Part shown: positions 1 to 14,198 of the stretch, piece after piece
Position numbering within the stretch: the first letter of the stretch is position 1
How the letters are laid out: each line of letters opens with the position of its first letter
Source: Octopus vulgaris
Taxonomy: Eukaryota
Direction: 5' to 3'
Assembly (NCBI GenBank): GCA_951406725.2
Contig: OX597815.1
Span: 145,142,001-145,206,000, forward strand
Length of the DNA stretch: 64,000 bases
Program-made: the position numbers and the translations under genes
The notes under the pieces: model-generated
What the model saw: only the letters and a program-made list of their open reading frames with translations
Told to the model about the DNA's origin: nothing
Databases searched by the model: none

Positions 1-216
1 AGAGCACCTTCACCCTCAGAATTACCAGATACCCGGTAGTATTATGGTATAGTACCAATTCTAGGCTCAGGCATTCCTATTAGGTCCTATTATAAGGTAA
101 ACCGTTGCTAAATTAAATTTAAATCCTATATCTATGTTGCATCGAACCATGTGTAGTGGTCATTAAACAGCTGTCGAATCATACTCCCTTTTATTTTTTA
201 CTCTATTATTTCTTTC

Positions 217-281
<65 letters not shown>

Positions 282-556
282 TTTAACACAAAGTCATAAT
301 TAAAATCAAAAATAAGGGTGAAAAAATTAGATATTAATTTAGTAACATCAATTTAACACCAAGTGGTTTAGCGCATAAAAACTGGGATTCAGTAAATATT
401 AATACACAAATATAGAGAGAATCCACTATGTGGATGCTCTTGAGCTAAAAATAGATCCGCAATGGTCTCAACCACCAAGAATTGTTCTCAAGGAAAATTA
501 GCACAACTATGAACGTAAGCGAGCAGGACAAATGAAAAATAACAAAAATGTAGATT

Positions 557-635
557 AACCCTAGACAATTGTTTCACTGTTAATAGATTATGCAATTTTA
601 CTTACACAATAAATCCAAAGCTCATCAGTAGGATT
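557..635 (-). ncRNA. Type I hammerhead ribozyme
   Basis: Minus strand reads AAUCCUA CUGAUGA [long stem II] GAAA CAAUUG UC UAGGGUU. Stem I is 7 bp, the core is intact, stem III is palindromic (ACAAUUGU), and the cleavage triplet is GUC. Confidence 0.85.
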
Positions 636-1255
636 CGTCATGAATATAATTTGCTGAACTGCACGCCAGATTTTAACACAAAATCAAACACACGAGTAGT
701 TTAGCCTATTATATTCGCAGTTATGATTCAAATGCCCTCGTTATAGCGCGCCAAATTGCCGGAAACAAATACTGCATAAATAATTTACTGCAGTATAATT
801 AAAATCAAAAATAAGGGTGAAAAAATTAGATATTAATTTAGTAACATCAATTTAACACCAAGTGGTTTAGCGCATAAAAACTGGGATTCAGTAAATATTA
901 ATACACAAATATAAGAGAGAATCCACTATGTGGACGCTCTTGAGTTAAAAATAGATCCGCAATGGTCTCAACCACCAAGAATTGTTCTCAAGGAAAATTA
1001 GCACAACTATGAACGTAAGCGAGCAGGACAAATGAAAAATAACAAAAATGTAGATTAATATCCAATTTTTTCATCCTTATTTTTGATTTTAATTATACTG
1101 CAGTAAATTATTTATGCAGTATTTGTTTCCGGCAATTTTGGCGCGCTATAACGAGGCATTTGAATCATAATTGCGAATATAATAGGCTGAACTACTCGTA
1201 TGTTTGACTTTGTGTTAAAATCTGGCGTGCAGTTCAGCAAATTATATTCATGACG

Positions 1256-1334
1256 AATCCTACTGATGAGCTTTGGATTTATTGTGTAAGTAAAATTGCA
1301 TAATCTATTAACAGTGAAACAATTGTCTAGGGTT
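1256..1334 (+). ncRNA. Type I hammerhead ribozyme
   Basis: aatccta-ctgatga-gctttggatt...aatctattaacagt-gaaa-caattg-tc-tagggtt. Stem I is aatccta/tagggtt. Stem II includes tggatt/aatcta and tgtgtaa/ttgcata. Predicted cleavage is after C1327. Confidence 0.85.
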
Positions 1335-1613
1335 AATCTACATTTTTGTTATTTTTCATTTGTCCTGCTCGCTTACGTTCATAGTTGTGCTAATTTTCCT
1401 TGAGAACAATTCTTGGTGGTTGAGACCATTGCGGATCTATTTTTAGCTCAAGAGCGTCCACATAGTGGATTCTCTCTTATATTTGCGTATTAATATTTAT
1501 TGAATCCCAGTTTTTATGCGCTAAACCACTTGGTGTTAAATTGATGTTACTAAATTAATATCTAATTTTTTCACCCTTATTTTTGATTATATATATATAT
1601 ATATATATGCATA

Positions 1614-2520
<907 letters not shown>

Positions 2521-2521
2521 A

Positions 2522-2757
2522 GCGCAGGGGTGGCTGTGTGGTAAGTAGCTTGCTTACCAACCACATAGTTCCGGGTTTAGTCCCACTGCGTGGCACCTTG
2601 AACAAGTGTCTTCTTCTTTAGCCTCGGGTCGACCAAAGCCTTGTGAGTGGATTTGGCAGACGGAAACTGAAAGAAGACCGTCGTATATATATATATAATT
2701 AAATATACATACATTCATACATACATACATACATACATACATACATACATACATACA

Positions 2758-2818
<61 letters not shown>

Positions 2819-3033
2819 ATATGTTTGTGTGCCTGTGTTTGTCCGCCCACCATCGCTTGACAACCGATGCTGGTGTGTTTACGTCCCCGTAATTTAGCGG
2901 CTCGGCCAAAGAGGCCGATAGAATAAGTACTAGGCTTACAAAGAATAAGTCCTGGGGTCGATTTACAAACTAAAGGCTGTGCTCCAGCATGGGTACAGTC
3001 TAATAACTGAAACAAACAAAAGAATAAAAGAAT
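2522..3033 (+). mobile_element. tRNA-derived SINE family A, with internal (TA)n/(TG)n, full length
   Basis: Head gcgcagg.gtggctgtgtggtaagtagcttgc with a B-box-like gg(g)tt.agtccc, an internal microsatellite and an (aaaaga.t)n tail. More than 15 copies or fragments in the window. Probably one of the octopus OK/OR SINE families (name not verified). Confidence 0.85.
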
Positions 3034-3375
3034 AATAAAGGAAAGTTAAGTAGGGTTCTTGGGGATTACCTAAGGAGTGTTGTGGATATATGCTGTGTGG
3101 TTATTTAGGTTGCATTTAGATTTGTAGTAACATTTGAAGTTATGAAAAAAGCGGTGGTTGAAGGCCTCCTTATATTAATTTAGTAGTGTCGATGAGTTGT
3201 GTTTTAATATGTGGTATGCCTATTTTAGGCATAGCTTATACATGCATACATACATACATACATACATACATACATACATACATACATACATACATACATA
3301 CATACATACATACATACATCATACATACATACATCATACATACATACATACATACATATATACATACATAATACA

Positions 3376-4187
3376 TACATGGTGCGATGGTTAAGTTGTC
3401 GCCATTTTATATTTTTTAATTTCGCGCATGCGCATTGTTTTTGATTTTATCCACTACACAGTATAGTAGGGTCAGATGGGTACTGTTTGTGAGAAAAACA
3501 GCACCATGACTCAATTCATTATGTTAGAACACGCCGGAAGCACCAATATGAATATTTCAGAACGTTTGGGTGTCAATCTGAGGACATGTGCTGAAATCAA
3601 ATCAAACATTCGGTCAACATCATGGTGTTTGGAGTGATCACTAGCGATGGCAAAGCTATGCATCCATTCATCTTCCCACGGAGGCCTACATCAAGTGGCT
3701 GAGAAGGTAGTGCTGCTCTGGGTCAAGCGGGTGGTTGTTGGAAGACCCTATGTCTGGCAACAAGACTCTGCACCATGCCGCACAAGCAGGAGAACCCAGT
3801 CATGGCTATCAGACGATTTTTGCGACTATATCAGCCCTAACATCTGGCCACCTAACTCCCTAGACTGCAACTCCTTTAATATTATGTATGGGGCACAGCT
3901 GTGCGAGAGACCAACAAAACTCCTTATAATACCAAAGATGAACTGATGGCAAAGATTATGGCAGCATTCACCAACTTAAACAAGAAGACCATCCATAAGA
4001 GTTATAGGAGATTCCGATGTCGTCCGGAGGCTGTGGTTGAATCCAATGGCGATTTTATTAAATAAATTTACTCTTTAGTACTTCAAGATATTTTTATGCA
4101 ATTTTGGTAGATATATCTGTTAAAATGAAATGTTAGTGTTATTTTCATTTTCGCATAATTTAAACATTTTATTCACCGCACCCTGTA
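3376..4187 (+). mobile_element. Degenerate Tc1/mariner DNA transposon (maT/DD37D-like)
   Basis: Peptide YVWQQDSAPC...IWPPNSLDCN. Imperfect TIRs tacatggtgcg / cgcaccctgta, inserted in (TACA)n/(TATG)n. Internal deletion and frameshifts. Confidence 0.75.
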
Positions 4188-4725
4188 TGTATGTATGTAT
4201 GTATGTATGTATGTATGTATGTATGTATGTATGTATGTATGTATGTATGTATGTGTATGTATGTGTACGTATTTATGACATATATGTGTGTGTGAGTGTG
4301 TGTATCTATGTATATGTATTTATGATATAGTTATAATAATAATAATAATAATAATCCATGGATGGAGTTTATAAATATTTTAATGTATAAATACATATAT
4401 ATGTATAAACTGGTTGATTCAGCTCCACATTGCTTAAAGTTTCGTTGGCGCAGATATGCACCTGCAGAGATATGCGATGTACAGAGTCGGAGAGAAAAGA
4501 ATGTAAAAAGAATTTTAAAATGGCTTCCAGAGGGGCCTGTTCGGGCTTCCATTCGTCAATTGAGGTCACGTGGATAGTTTGGTAAAACAGCGACAACAGT
4601 TGATTCCATATATGCACGTGGTAGAGACGACGCACGCACACACTCGCACACACACATGCACACACGCTCGCGTGCACACACACACACAGACATACACACG
4701 TATAAATATATATATATGTATATGC

Positions 4726-4762
<37 letters not shown>

Positions 4763-6024
4763 CATACATACATATATACTTAAAAGTAAATGTCGATGAT
4801 TATTCATGTATAGAATCACAAAAAATTTAAAAGATAACACAAAATATTTTTTTACAGTCGTTTTTGTAAATTTATTTTTCCAAACACCATTTTTTTCGAA
4901 TATTTTTTCAAAATATTTGTCAATAAAACTGTGTTGCTTCTTTTCTTATAATCTGTACAACATTTAATTCCCAGAGGCCTCAGAAACCGAAAATTCACCA
5001 TTTTTGTAAAGTTACTTTTTTGTGAATGTGTATTCGTGTTAAAATTTTTTATGCCTATATTTTCCGTTTCGCCTCAAAAATATTTCTTTAATGTACTGGC
5101 ATTTCTAGTTTTCCTTTTTCTCCTTCACTGACAAGAAAGGGTTTATTTCACATACCAAAATAAATATATTTATATATATGTATATATACACACGTGTACG
5201 GATATGCTAGATTACTCCTTCCTGTCACCGAATGGTTCGTGAGAGGTGCCAAAGATTTTTGTCATTTCAGGGAATAGATTTATGGCATTAGTTCATATCA
5301 GAAAAATATAAAGAGAAGAAAATTGCTGATTTTGGTGAAAATAAAACCAGAAAGATATTTTTTTTTCAATCTTTAACTTTTTTTATGGGTCGATATTAGT
5401 TTAAATTCAAGAAAGGGAAATGTGTTATTGTGTTGAATATTTGGCAAAGAATTGAAGTTAAAGAATTTATTGGACAAAGATTATGTTGTGTACACTTAGT
5501 GAATATACTGACCACAGGATAAGGTACCATAACCACGATTCATTCACTAAAACGTTTAAAATTTTACCATGAAAATCTTTTAAGGTGTTCCTAGAGATTT
5601 TACAATTATCTTAATGATAAAATACAACAAACTAAATAGTTACCGCTATAGGAATTGAAAAACTTCGAGAGAGCGTGAAATAATTCGTTTTTAATGACTG
5701 AACTCGAAGTAGATAAAGCTATAAATAATGGCGTATAAATATTGGTTGCTGCCCCACGGGCTACCTTTGACATTTTCTGTCCAAAAGGTTTTCAAAACCA
5801 ATATTTACATGCTAGTATGTATCGCTTTATCTGTTTCGAGTTCAACCGTTAAAAACAAACTAATTTGTCGAAATAGACAATATATTCGATTTAACTTTTT
5901 GTAAATAAAAAAATACCTTTGGGATTGAAATCTAAATTAATGAAAGAGAATAATATTTTACTGTTAATAAACCATGCCCTATTATAAACCTTATTACAAC
6001 GCTGCCCTATAGAATTCTTATATG

Positions 6025-6235
6025 TTTTGGCACAAGTCTAGCAATTCTTTAAGGAAAAGATGGTTGTCCCTTGCATCGACTTCCAGTACTTGACTGGTAC
6101 TTTATTTTATCAATCTTGAAGGGGATGAAAGGCAAAGTCGACCTCGGCAGCATTTGAACTCAGAACATAACGCCGAAAGTGATGTCGCCAAGCATTTTGT
6201 CCGACGCACAAACGATTCTGCCAGTCTTCTGCCTC
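6025..6235 (-). mobile_element. SINE family B fragment
   Basis: Reverse complement of the ggcagaa.cgttag...ttctgagttcaaat...gaggtcgactttgcctttcatcc family seen at 15159 and 45448. Confidence 0.7.
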
Positions 6236-6693
6236 ACTCTCCTATATAATGAAATGTATGGTGATTTCCGTCCGTACATGTATGTCTGTATGATGAAAGT
6301 GACTAAGAGACGACTATATAAAGCCTCATAATTTATTCAACATGGTTCATGTTTAATTAACATACTCTTAATTGATTTCTTAAAATGTTTCATTAAAACT
6401 TAATATTAATACTGTATTCCACACGTATAACTTCATTTCATTATTCTACCTTTAATCGTATTTACTCTTAAATTTTCTCCTTGGCTGCAGTCCGAGGTTT
6501 GAGTCAAGAGATCAAAGATAAAATAAATAAATGCGAGTGTAAACTGTTTGTTGAACTAACCTGAATAAAACGGATGAAATAGAACGGAATTGTTGTTTTG
6601 GTAGAAGGTAGGCTTGAATGAAGATAGGAATGGCAACATAGATTTCCATATCTCTCTTTACGTAACGCTTCTTCAATTGAATGAAAAAGAAAC

Positions 6694-6771
<78 letters not shown>

Positions 6772-6775
<4 letters not shown>

Positions 6776-6935
6776 TCGTCTGTCTTTACGTTCTGAGCTC
6801 AAATTCTGCTGAGGTCGACTTTGCCTTCCATCCTTTCGGGGCCTATAAATTAAGTACCAGTTAAGTACTGGGGTCATCTAATCGACTGGCCCACCTCCCC
6901 CAAATTTCGGGCCTTGTGCCTAGAGTAGAAAAGAA
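6772..6935 (+). mobile_element. SINE family B fragment
   Basis: atttcgtctgtctttacgttctgag...gaggtcgactttgcc...cttgtgcctagagtagaaaagaat. Confidence 0.75.
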
Positions 6936-6964
6936 TTATTATTATTATTACTACTACATAAAAG

Positions 6965-7010
<46 letters not shown>

Positions 7011-8230
7011 TATTATTATTATTATTATTATTATTGTTGTTGTTGTTACTATTATAATAATAATAATTATTATTGTTGTTGTTGTTGTTTTTGTTGTTGT
7101 TATTATAACCATAAAGGGAAATCAATAAAATTTTGTAGAAAAAAAAAGAAACAATGTAGTGGCAGAGGTTCTGAATCGGAGGCATTTTTATATATGAATC
7201 TACAAAAAAAGTAACTTTAACAGGGGGTTTAAAAAGAAATCCCTTCGAGTTTAAGTTTAAATATTGTTTAGTCACTTAACTACCGGCCCCTGTCTTTAAC
7301 GCTCTTTAATTTTCCCATTTTTACCTTTGCGTATGTACCATTTCAGAAAGAGATGGTGAGGAACGAAACCGTATCACATTTTTTTCTCAGTAGATGTTGA
7401 CTTGGTGTTTTTTTTTTGTTACTAAGAAGCAGTTTATGGATTCTGGAAAAGAATCAACCGGCCATAATTTCAGATTATTTGGTTTGTTGTTTTGGACAAA
7501 AAAACACATAAAACAAATTCTGAATATTTTTTTTTAAAAAAGAGTCATCAGAAAAAAAAAAAACATGTCGTCTGATCTCCTATAATTTCTATGATTCGAT
7601 GGCCTTCATAGGTTCTTTCTAAGTCTCGTGATTTTATAAATAGTAAGATAAAACACGATAATATTTTTATAGTTAAATAAGTGCTATATTTGTCCGTTAA
7701 CAAGTAGAATGTATTGCTCGAAACGAAGGCACCAGATTCATTAGCATTTTTATCTGGTTCATTCATTATACAAGCAATAAATTCAGTAATCTTTGTAGAA
7801 CCCTTTCTTTCTCTCTTTCATGCTCCCCATCTTTCTCTTCCCCCCTCAGTCTATCTTCTCACCACACTCTTACTCTTTTCCCCCTCCTCCTTCTGTTTTT
7901 TTTGTTTATATTCCGTAATGTTCCTACCCTGTCGATCGTCTGATCTCAAGCGTACGGACATTACAGACTTAATTGCCGTTCATTAACTGTTTCTTAGTGA
8001 TTTAAAAAAAAAAACGTTTCGTTGTTGTTCCTTCTTACCGATAAATGCTCCCACTTTTTCTTTTTATTTCTAACAACAAACATAACATGACTGTCTCTAA
8101 CTCACGAGCGCTTCTAATTTCAATCTCTCTTCATCAGTTCTTCTTTGGTATACTTTATCTATTGTCTCAAAGGAAAAAAAATTGTACCCTTTTGAATTTT
8201 CCGTTCTACTTCAGCACGTAGTTGTAGTAA

Positions 8231-8325
<95 letters not shown>

Positions 8326-8961
8326 TTTGTTATTGTTGATGAAATAGTAGTAGTAGCAGCAATAATAGCTGTAGTAGTAGTACTAATATGATTAGCTTTA
8401 ATAAAATTAATAAAATTATTATTGTTATTATCATTAGTAGTATTAATAATGAAAGCATTGGTATTAACAGTAACACTACCTATTCATAGTAGAAATATTA
8501 ATTATAGCTAGTATAATTACTAATATCAATATTCCTCTTTGTCATCATCACTTTCTCTTTTTATAGTAGTAGTAGTAGTAGCAGTAGTAGTGTTAGTAGT
8601 AGTATCTGTGGCGCTGGTTGTAGCGTTTATTCTTAGAAAGATACCTAGTATACAATAATATTAATAGTGATAAGTAGTAGTAGTAGTAGTTTTTGGTGTC
8701 GTTGTAGTAGCAGTAGTTGTTTTATTGTTGTTGTTTATATTATATTTTTCTTTCGTTTAGTCACGCTATACTTTAAAAGAAAGAGACGCCCTGAAGAGCA
8801 AGCATGATTTGCGAGTTACAGAGGTCAGTCAATATACCGGAAGTGAACCATGTGTGTGAAGGAAAGAGGTCAATATACAGGAAGTGAATCATATGTAAGA
8901 AGGAAAGATTTTTTTGTTTTGTTGGTTTTGTTTTTAAAAAATTGTTCTTAAATGTTTGTCT

Positions 8962-9188
8962 TCATTTACAGCCGCCATATCTTGGGTTCAATGTCGACAG
9001 TAGTATTTTTCGCATGTGGCTAATTTGATGTGACGTTAATTCTTTCCAAATACTGAATAATTTTCCTTTAGAGGCGAGTTCCTGCAACATATCCTGGGAT
9101 TGAATAATTCGAAGTTGGGCGTTGTACAACACATGACCAGAAAGTCTTTTTGAGCCTTCGTCATTTGTGATAATCACTATGGCGTTTG
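8962..9188 (-). CDS. Exon 5 (terminal coding exon) of an uncharacterised 459-aa 2-TM/coiled-coil/TIR-like protein
   Basis: Polypyrimidine acceptor ttcttttgcag| in phase 1, matching the exon 4 donor (G|CA = Ala). Reads NAIVIITNDEGSKRLSGHVLYN...RYGGCK-TGA. Confidence 0.85.
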
Positions 9189-9482
9189 CTGCAAAAGAAG
9201 AAAGAAGGAAACATGTGAGAAGGAATAATAAATGCGGATAGTATAAACATATTCTCGAGATTATAGCATTGAAGTTTCGGGTAGAACACAAGAAAAATAA
9301 ACACACACACACACACACACAAACGGAGCCAGACATGCACGAGCACACACATAAAGGCAAACACATACACACACATATACAAACGAACACATACAAAACG
9401 AGACATTCGTGTTTATGAATAGAAGAAGCGAGGGAATACATATTATTTCATCTTCCAACTTAAAATGAACAATAACTCCGTG

Positions 9483-9513
<31 letters not shown>

Positions 9514-10305
9514 ATACACACACACACACACTCTCACACACGCAAACATAGACACATACACACACTCACTTTCCCCCAGCCTCCAGGATTTATAAGACCT
9601 GTTAGTTGGTTTCTATGGCAAACAAATGACCAAGATGACAACGTTCCTGCTGAACGGGACACCGGTCCTTTGCAAGAGGTTCAAGGCTAGCAATTTAGAG
9701 TGCAGGGACTTAGTCAATTACATCAACCCTGGCACATGACTGGTATTTATTTTATCGATCTCGAAGGATGAAAAGTAAAGTTGACACTGGTGGAATATAA
9801 ACTCAAAACGTAAAGAGATGGGAGAAATAGCGCTAAGCATTTTGCGTGCTAACGATTTTGCAAGCTTTCCTTACAAACACATATATATGTGTATATATGT
9901 ATATACGCACATACGTATAAGCAAACGCACACATACACACACACACACACACATACATGTTCCAATCGTGACTGTCGCCATGCTGGAGCACCACATTTAG
10001 TCGAGCAAATCGACCCAGGACTTATTCTTTGTAAGCCTAGTACTTATTCTATCGGTTTCTTTGCTGAACCGCTAAGTTACGGGGACGTAAACACACCAGC
10101 ATCGGTTGTCAAGCGATGTTGGGGTGGGTTCGGGCTACAAACATATACACACACATACATACATATATATATTTCTTACTGGGCATAACCAACGACTACT
10201 CTAAATAGGATATGCGTATGTGTGTGTGCATGAATGTATGTATACACACACATATATATAGATATATATATGTGTGCATGTGTGTACACATACACACACA
10301 CACAT

Positions 10306-10336
<31 letters not shown>

Positions 10337-10559
10337 AACACGCAAACCTATTTTAATTAAAAAAACATAGCTGTGTGTTTAAGAAGTTCGTTTCACAGTC
10401 ACGTGATTTCATTTGACAATCAGGTGATTTTCGGTTCAGTCCCATTGCACAGCACTCTGAGAAACTGCCTTCTGCTATTACCGCAATCAAAGCACTTCTT
10501 TGTCAAAAGAATTGCCATGCAGAAAGTGTACGGAAGGTAGCTTATATCCACCCAGTTTC

Positions 10560-10872
10560 ACTCAAAAGTTTGACAGATTTTTACAGTTCCAGTGATGGCA
10601 TGGATCTGTAGTCTTCGAATCAGCTTTCTCCTTTCTGGTTTTGAGAAGCCTAATTTCTCAAGATTGGTATTTAGGCAGTGTGTTACATATCCCAGGGCCC
10701 CAATAATTACAAGTATGAACCTGAACTTGTATTATGGATAGAGTAAATGTAGATTTCTCAATAGTTCAGCATAGGTGTTCTCTTTTTCACTGATCTTCAG
10801 ATTTATGTCAACATCCGCTGGGCAGCTAATTCCCACAGCTGTGCACAGTTTCTCTTCTCTATCCCAAATCAT
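10560..10872 (-). mobile_element. R4/Dong-like non-LTR retrotransposon 3' fragment (RLE C-terminus)
   Basis: Minus translation ...KFRFILVIIGALGYVTHCLNTNLEKLGFSKPERRKLIRRLQIH, matching 42250-42420. The 5' truncation abuts (TATG)n. Confidence 0.75.
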
Positions 10873-11712
10873 TGTATGTATGTATGTATGTATGTATGTA
10901 TGTATGTATGTATGTATGTATGTATATATGTATGTATGTATGTACGTATTTTTGGTACGCTCCGAGATTATGGTAAAAGATACTGGCTGGATATGTCACG
11001 TAGTGGGAATTGAAATCAAAATCTCGAGGTTCGTACCCCCAGGAAGCATAATTACAGTTTGCTGATTTCAACATTACCTCTATCACCGACATAGATAGAA
11101 ACCAAGAAAGAAACCTGTATGGTTACTCAATATGCTAGAAATAACAACTAAGTTCTATCAAATCACATCCTATCGTGTAAAAATTAAAGTTGGTACTGAC
11201 TAATGTTTTTCTTAATATGCAAAAGACGGGATGGCCATGACTGAAACGCCTTCGATCACATGTCCGCTTAGTCATTGCCAATCTATTATTTAGATACTGA
11301 AGTACACACATGCAATAAAGTGCTTGTAGAAGTTAAAAAGAAACACATCGAAAACAGCAACAATTGAAAATCTCCTGATTACCCAACTGACATAACCAGC
11401 CTAACAAAAACATGGGAGAATTTCAATCATAACAATCCATTACCACACACAACGAAATAAAAACTCAGTATCAGCCAACAAAAACAAGGAAATAAGAGAG
11501 AAAATGGAAATCAACCAGAAAAAAAAAATATATTAGCAAACATTTTTATGCAGAATAAACGATAAAACAGGCTGCAAAACAATGTATGGTGTAGAATCAA
11601 CAACTGTGACAATGCTCATGCCACGTCATGAACCATAATAGCAATTTTGAATAACGTGCCCATATTCCAACAAATGCTTATCAAATACTTTTCCAATATC
11701 AGTGACTAAAAT

Positions 11713-11900
11713 GCAGGCATGGTTTTACGGTAAGACGTTTGCTTCCCAACCATGTGGTTTCGTGTTCAGTTCCACTGCGTGGCACCTTGTGCAAATTTTT
11801 TTCTATTATAGCTTCGGGCCAACCAAAGCCTTGTTAGCGGATTTGACAGAGACAAACTGAAAGAAGCCCACTGTATATAATATACATATATATATATATA
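11713..11900 (+). mobile_element. SINE family A 5' half
   Basis: Diverged head through gaaagaagccc, then (TA)n. Confidence 0.7.
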
Positions 11901-11906
11901 TGTGTG

Positions 11907-12230
11907 AGGGCGCGTGGCTTAGTGGTTAGGGCATTCGGCTCATGATCGTAAGGTTGTGAGTTCGATTCCCGGCGACGCGTTGTATCCTTGAGCAAGACAC
12001 TTTATTTCACGTTGCTCCAGTCCACTCAGCTGGCAAAAATGAGTTGTACTCGTATTTCAAAGGGTCAGCCTTGTCACTCTCTGTGTCACGCTGATTATCC
12101 CCGAGAACTACGTTAAGGGTACACGTGTCTGTGGAATGCTCAGCCATTTGCACGTTAATTTCACGAGCAAGCTGTTCCGTTGATCGTATCAGCTGGGACC
12201 CTCGTCGTCGTAACCGGCGGAGTCTTTAAG
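11907..12230 (+). mobile_element. tRNA-derived SINE family C
   Basis: A box gtggcttagtggtt and B box gagttcgattccc, followed by tccttgagcaagacactttatttcacgttgctccag. Related copies at 12650, 23643, 45909 and 37905(-). Confidence 0.8.
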
Positions 12231-12231
12231 A

Positions 12232-12299
<68 letters not shown>

Positions 12300-12649
12300 C
12301 GGAGATGTACTTGTATAGCAAGTGACCCGATCTGAGATCGTGTGCTGGAACGAAAACAATTGCAGCGTGGAAGGTGTTTATAAGCCATTTAAGAAACACA
12401 CAAAAACCGTTAGATTCACTTCAACATTTAAATTTAATTTGTCAAAATATTTTCGTCGCTTTGAAGACCGCGACCTGTTCACTGTTGTTATATATATATA
12501 TATATATATCATTCAATATGTGACCGCGTGTGTATCGTTGGCGATTTTTTCCCAACCAACCAAGTAACTGACCGACCGACCGACCGACCAACCAACCGAC
12601 CAACCAACCAACGAGCTAGCATTTATAACGTTATTATACAGAGATTTGT

Positions 12650-12990
12650 GAAGGCGCATGGCTCAGTGGTTAGAACGTCGGGCTCACTCTCACGAGATAG
12701 TGAGTTCGATTCCCGGACCCGGTTCTGTGTTGTGTTCTTGAACAAAACACTTTAACTCACGCTGCTCCAGTTTACTGAACTGTAGAAATGAGTAGCGACG
12801 TCAGTGGTTCCAGGCTGCATCGACCTTTGGATTTCCCTTGGAGATCCTCAGTGGTGTGGGGAGGAGAAGCTGGTATGCATGGGCGACTGCTGATCTTCCA
12901 TTAACAACCTGGCCCAGATTTGTACCTCGATGGGTAACTTTCTCGATGCAATCCTATGGCCATTCATGACCGAAGGGGGTTTGTACTCTT
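12650..12990 (+). mobile_element. tRNA-derived SINE family C variant
   Basis: A/B boxes atggctcagtggtt and gagttcgattccc. The 3' part matches 57835-58012. Confidence 0.75.
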
Positions 12991-13705
12991 TTTATACAGA
13001 GATTTAAGTCGGCGGGTTGGCAGAATCATTAGCACACCCGGCAAAATACTAAGCGGCACTTTACCTCCTGCGTTCAAATGCCACCAAAATCGACTTTGCT
13101 ATTCATCCGTTTGAGATTGATGAAATGAATACCAGTTGACTACTGGGGTCGAAGTAATCGACTTAACTCCCTCCACCGAAATTACTGGTCCTGTGCCAAA
13201 ATTTGAAACTCTCATTATACAGAGATTTCCTTTCTTATCAGCCTGTACTCAGATCCTCCTTCGGTATTTACACCCAAGGGAGAAGCCTGCGAGACGTCTC
13301 AGTGAAGCAGACGTTGAAATTATGTTCTCTTGCTTGCTCGTTAACTCCAAATTTTGCCAATAATCATTTTATCAATAGAAAATATTAAGTGGGGCAACAT
13401 TAAAAATAATACTTCTTTGAAGTGTAAATACTTTGAATTTGAGACTAGATTTGGGGCAACCAACAACAATAACAACAACAGCTATAGCAACAACAGATAG
13501 TGTTGGGATAAGTTAACATTAGTTTTAAAATAGTCCAGTATATTACTGGTGTTATTCTATCAGTTTCCTTTGCCGAACAGCTAAGTTATCTGGAAGGAAT
13601 CAAACAACAGTGGTTGTCAAGCAGTGGTGTGTGTGTGTGTAGGATAAACATACACACACATATATACATACATACATACTTACATACATACACACACACA
13701 CACAT

Positions 13706-13939
13706 CTCTTTTACTTATTTCAGTCATTTGGCTGCTGCCATGCTGGAGCACCGCCTTTAGTCAAGCAAATCGACCACAGGACTTATTCTTTGGAAGCCTA
13801 GTACTTATTCTATCGGTCTCTTTCGCCGAACCGCTAAGATACGGGGACGTAAACACACCACCATCGGTTGTCAAGCGATGTTGGGGGACAAACAGGCACA
13901 CAAGCATATACACACTACACACACACACTACACACACAC

Positions 13940-14037
<98 letters not shown>

Positions 14038-14198
14038 TCATATATACGAGAGGCTTCTTTCAGTTTCTGTCTACCAAAGGCTTTGGTCGGCCCGAGGCTA
14101 TAGGAGAAGACACTTGCCCAAGGTGCCACGCAGTGGGAATGAACCCGGAACCATGTGGTAGGGAAGCAAGCTACTTACCACACATCCACTCCTGCGCC
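13706..14198 (-). mobile_element. SINE family A, full length
   Basis: Reverse complement of the 2522-3033 consensus, with internal (TA)n(TG)n. Confidence 0.85.

Larger units (their letters stand above)
278..1592. mobile_element. Non-autonomous Penelope-like/retrozyme-like element: 499-bp unit in tandem (minus) plus inverted copy (plus), between (TA)n tracts
   Basis: Unit start ataattaaaatcaaaaataaggg recurs at 296 and 795 (period 499). 1054-1590 is a near-identical reverse complement of about 300-838. No ORF. Each full unit carries a hammerhead motif, and both outer ends abut (TA)n. Confidence 0.85.

Noticed and set aside
140-185. Hammerhead 3' half (taaacagctgtc)
   Set aside because: G12 is missing and there is no CUGANGA upstream.
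11907-11980. tRNA gene
   Set aside because: The A/B boxes continue into a multi-copy SINE body, so this is a tRNA-derived SINE head. The same holds at 12650, 23643 and 45909.
12435-12490. Minus-strand HHR-like motif (gtcgc/gcgac stem, GAAA AUAU UU)
   Set aside because: The 5' core is not CUGANGA and the element is truncated by (TA)n. It cannot be called a ribozyme.
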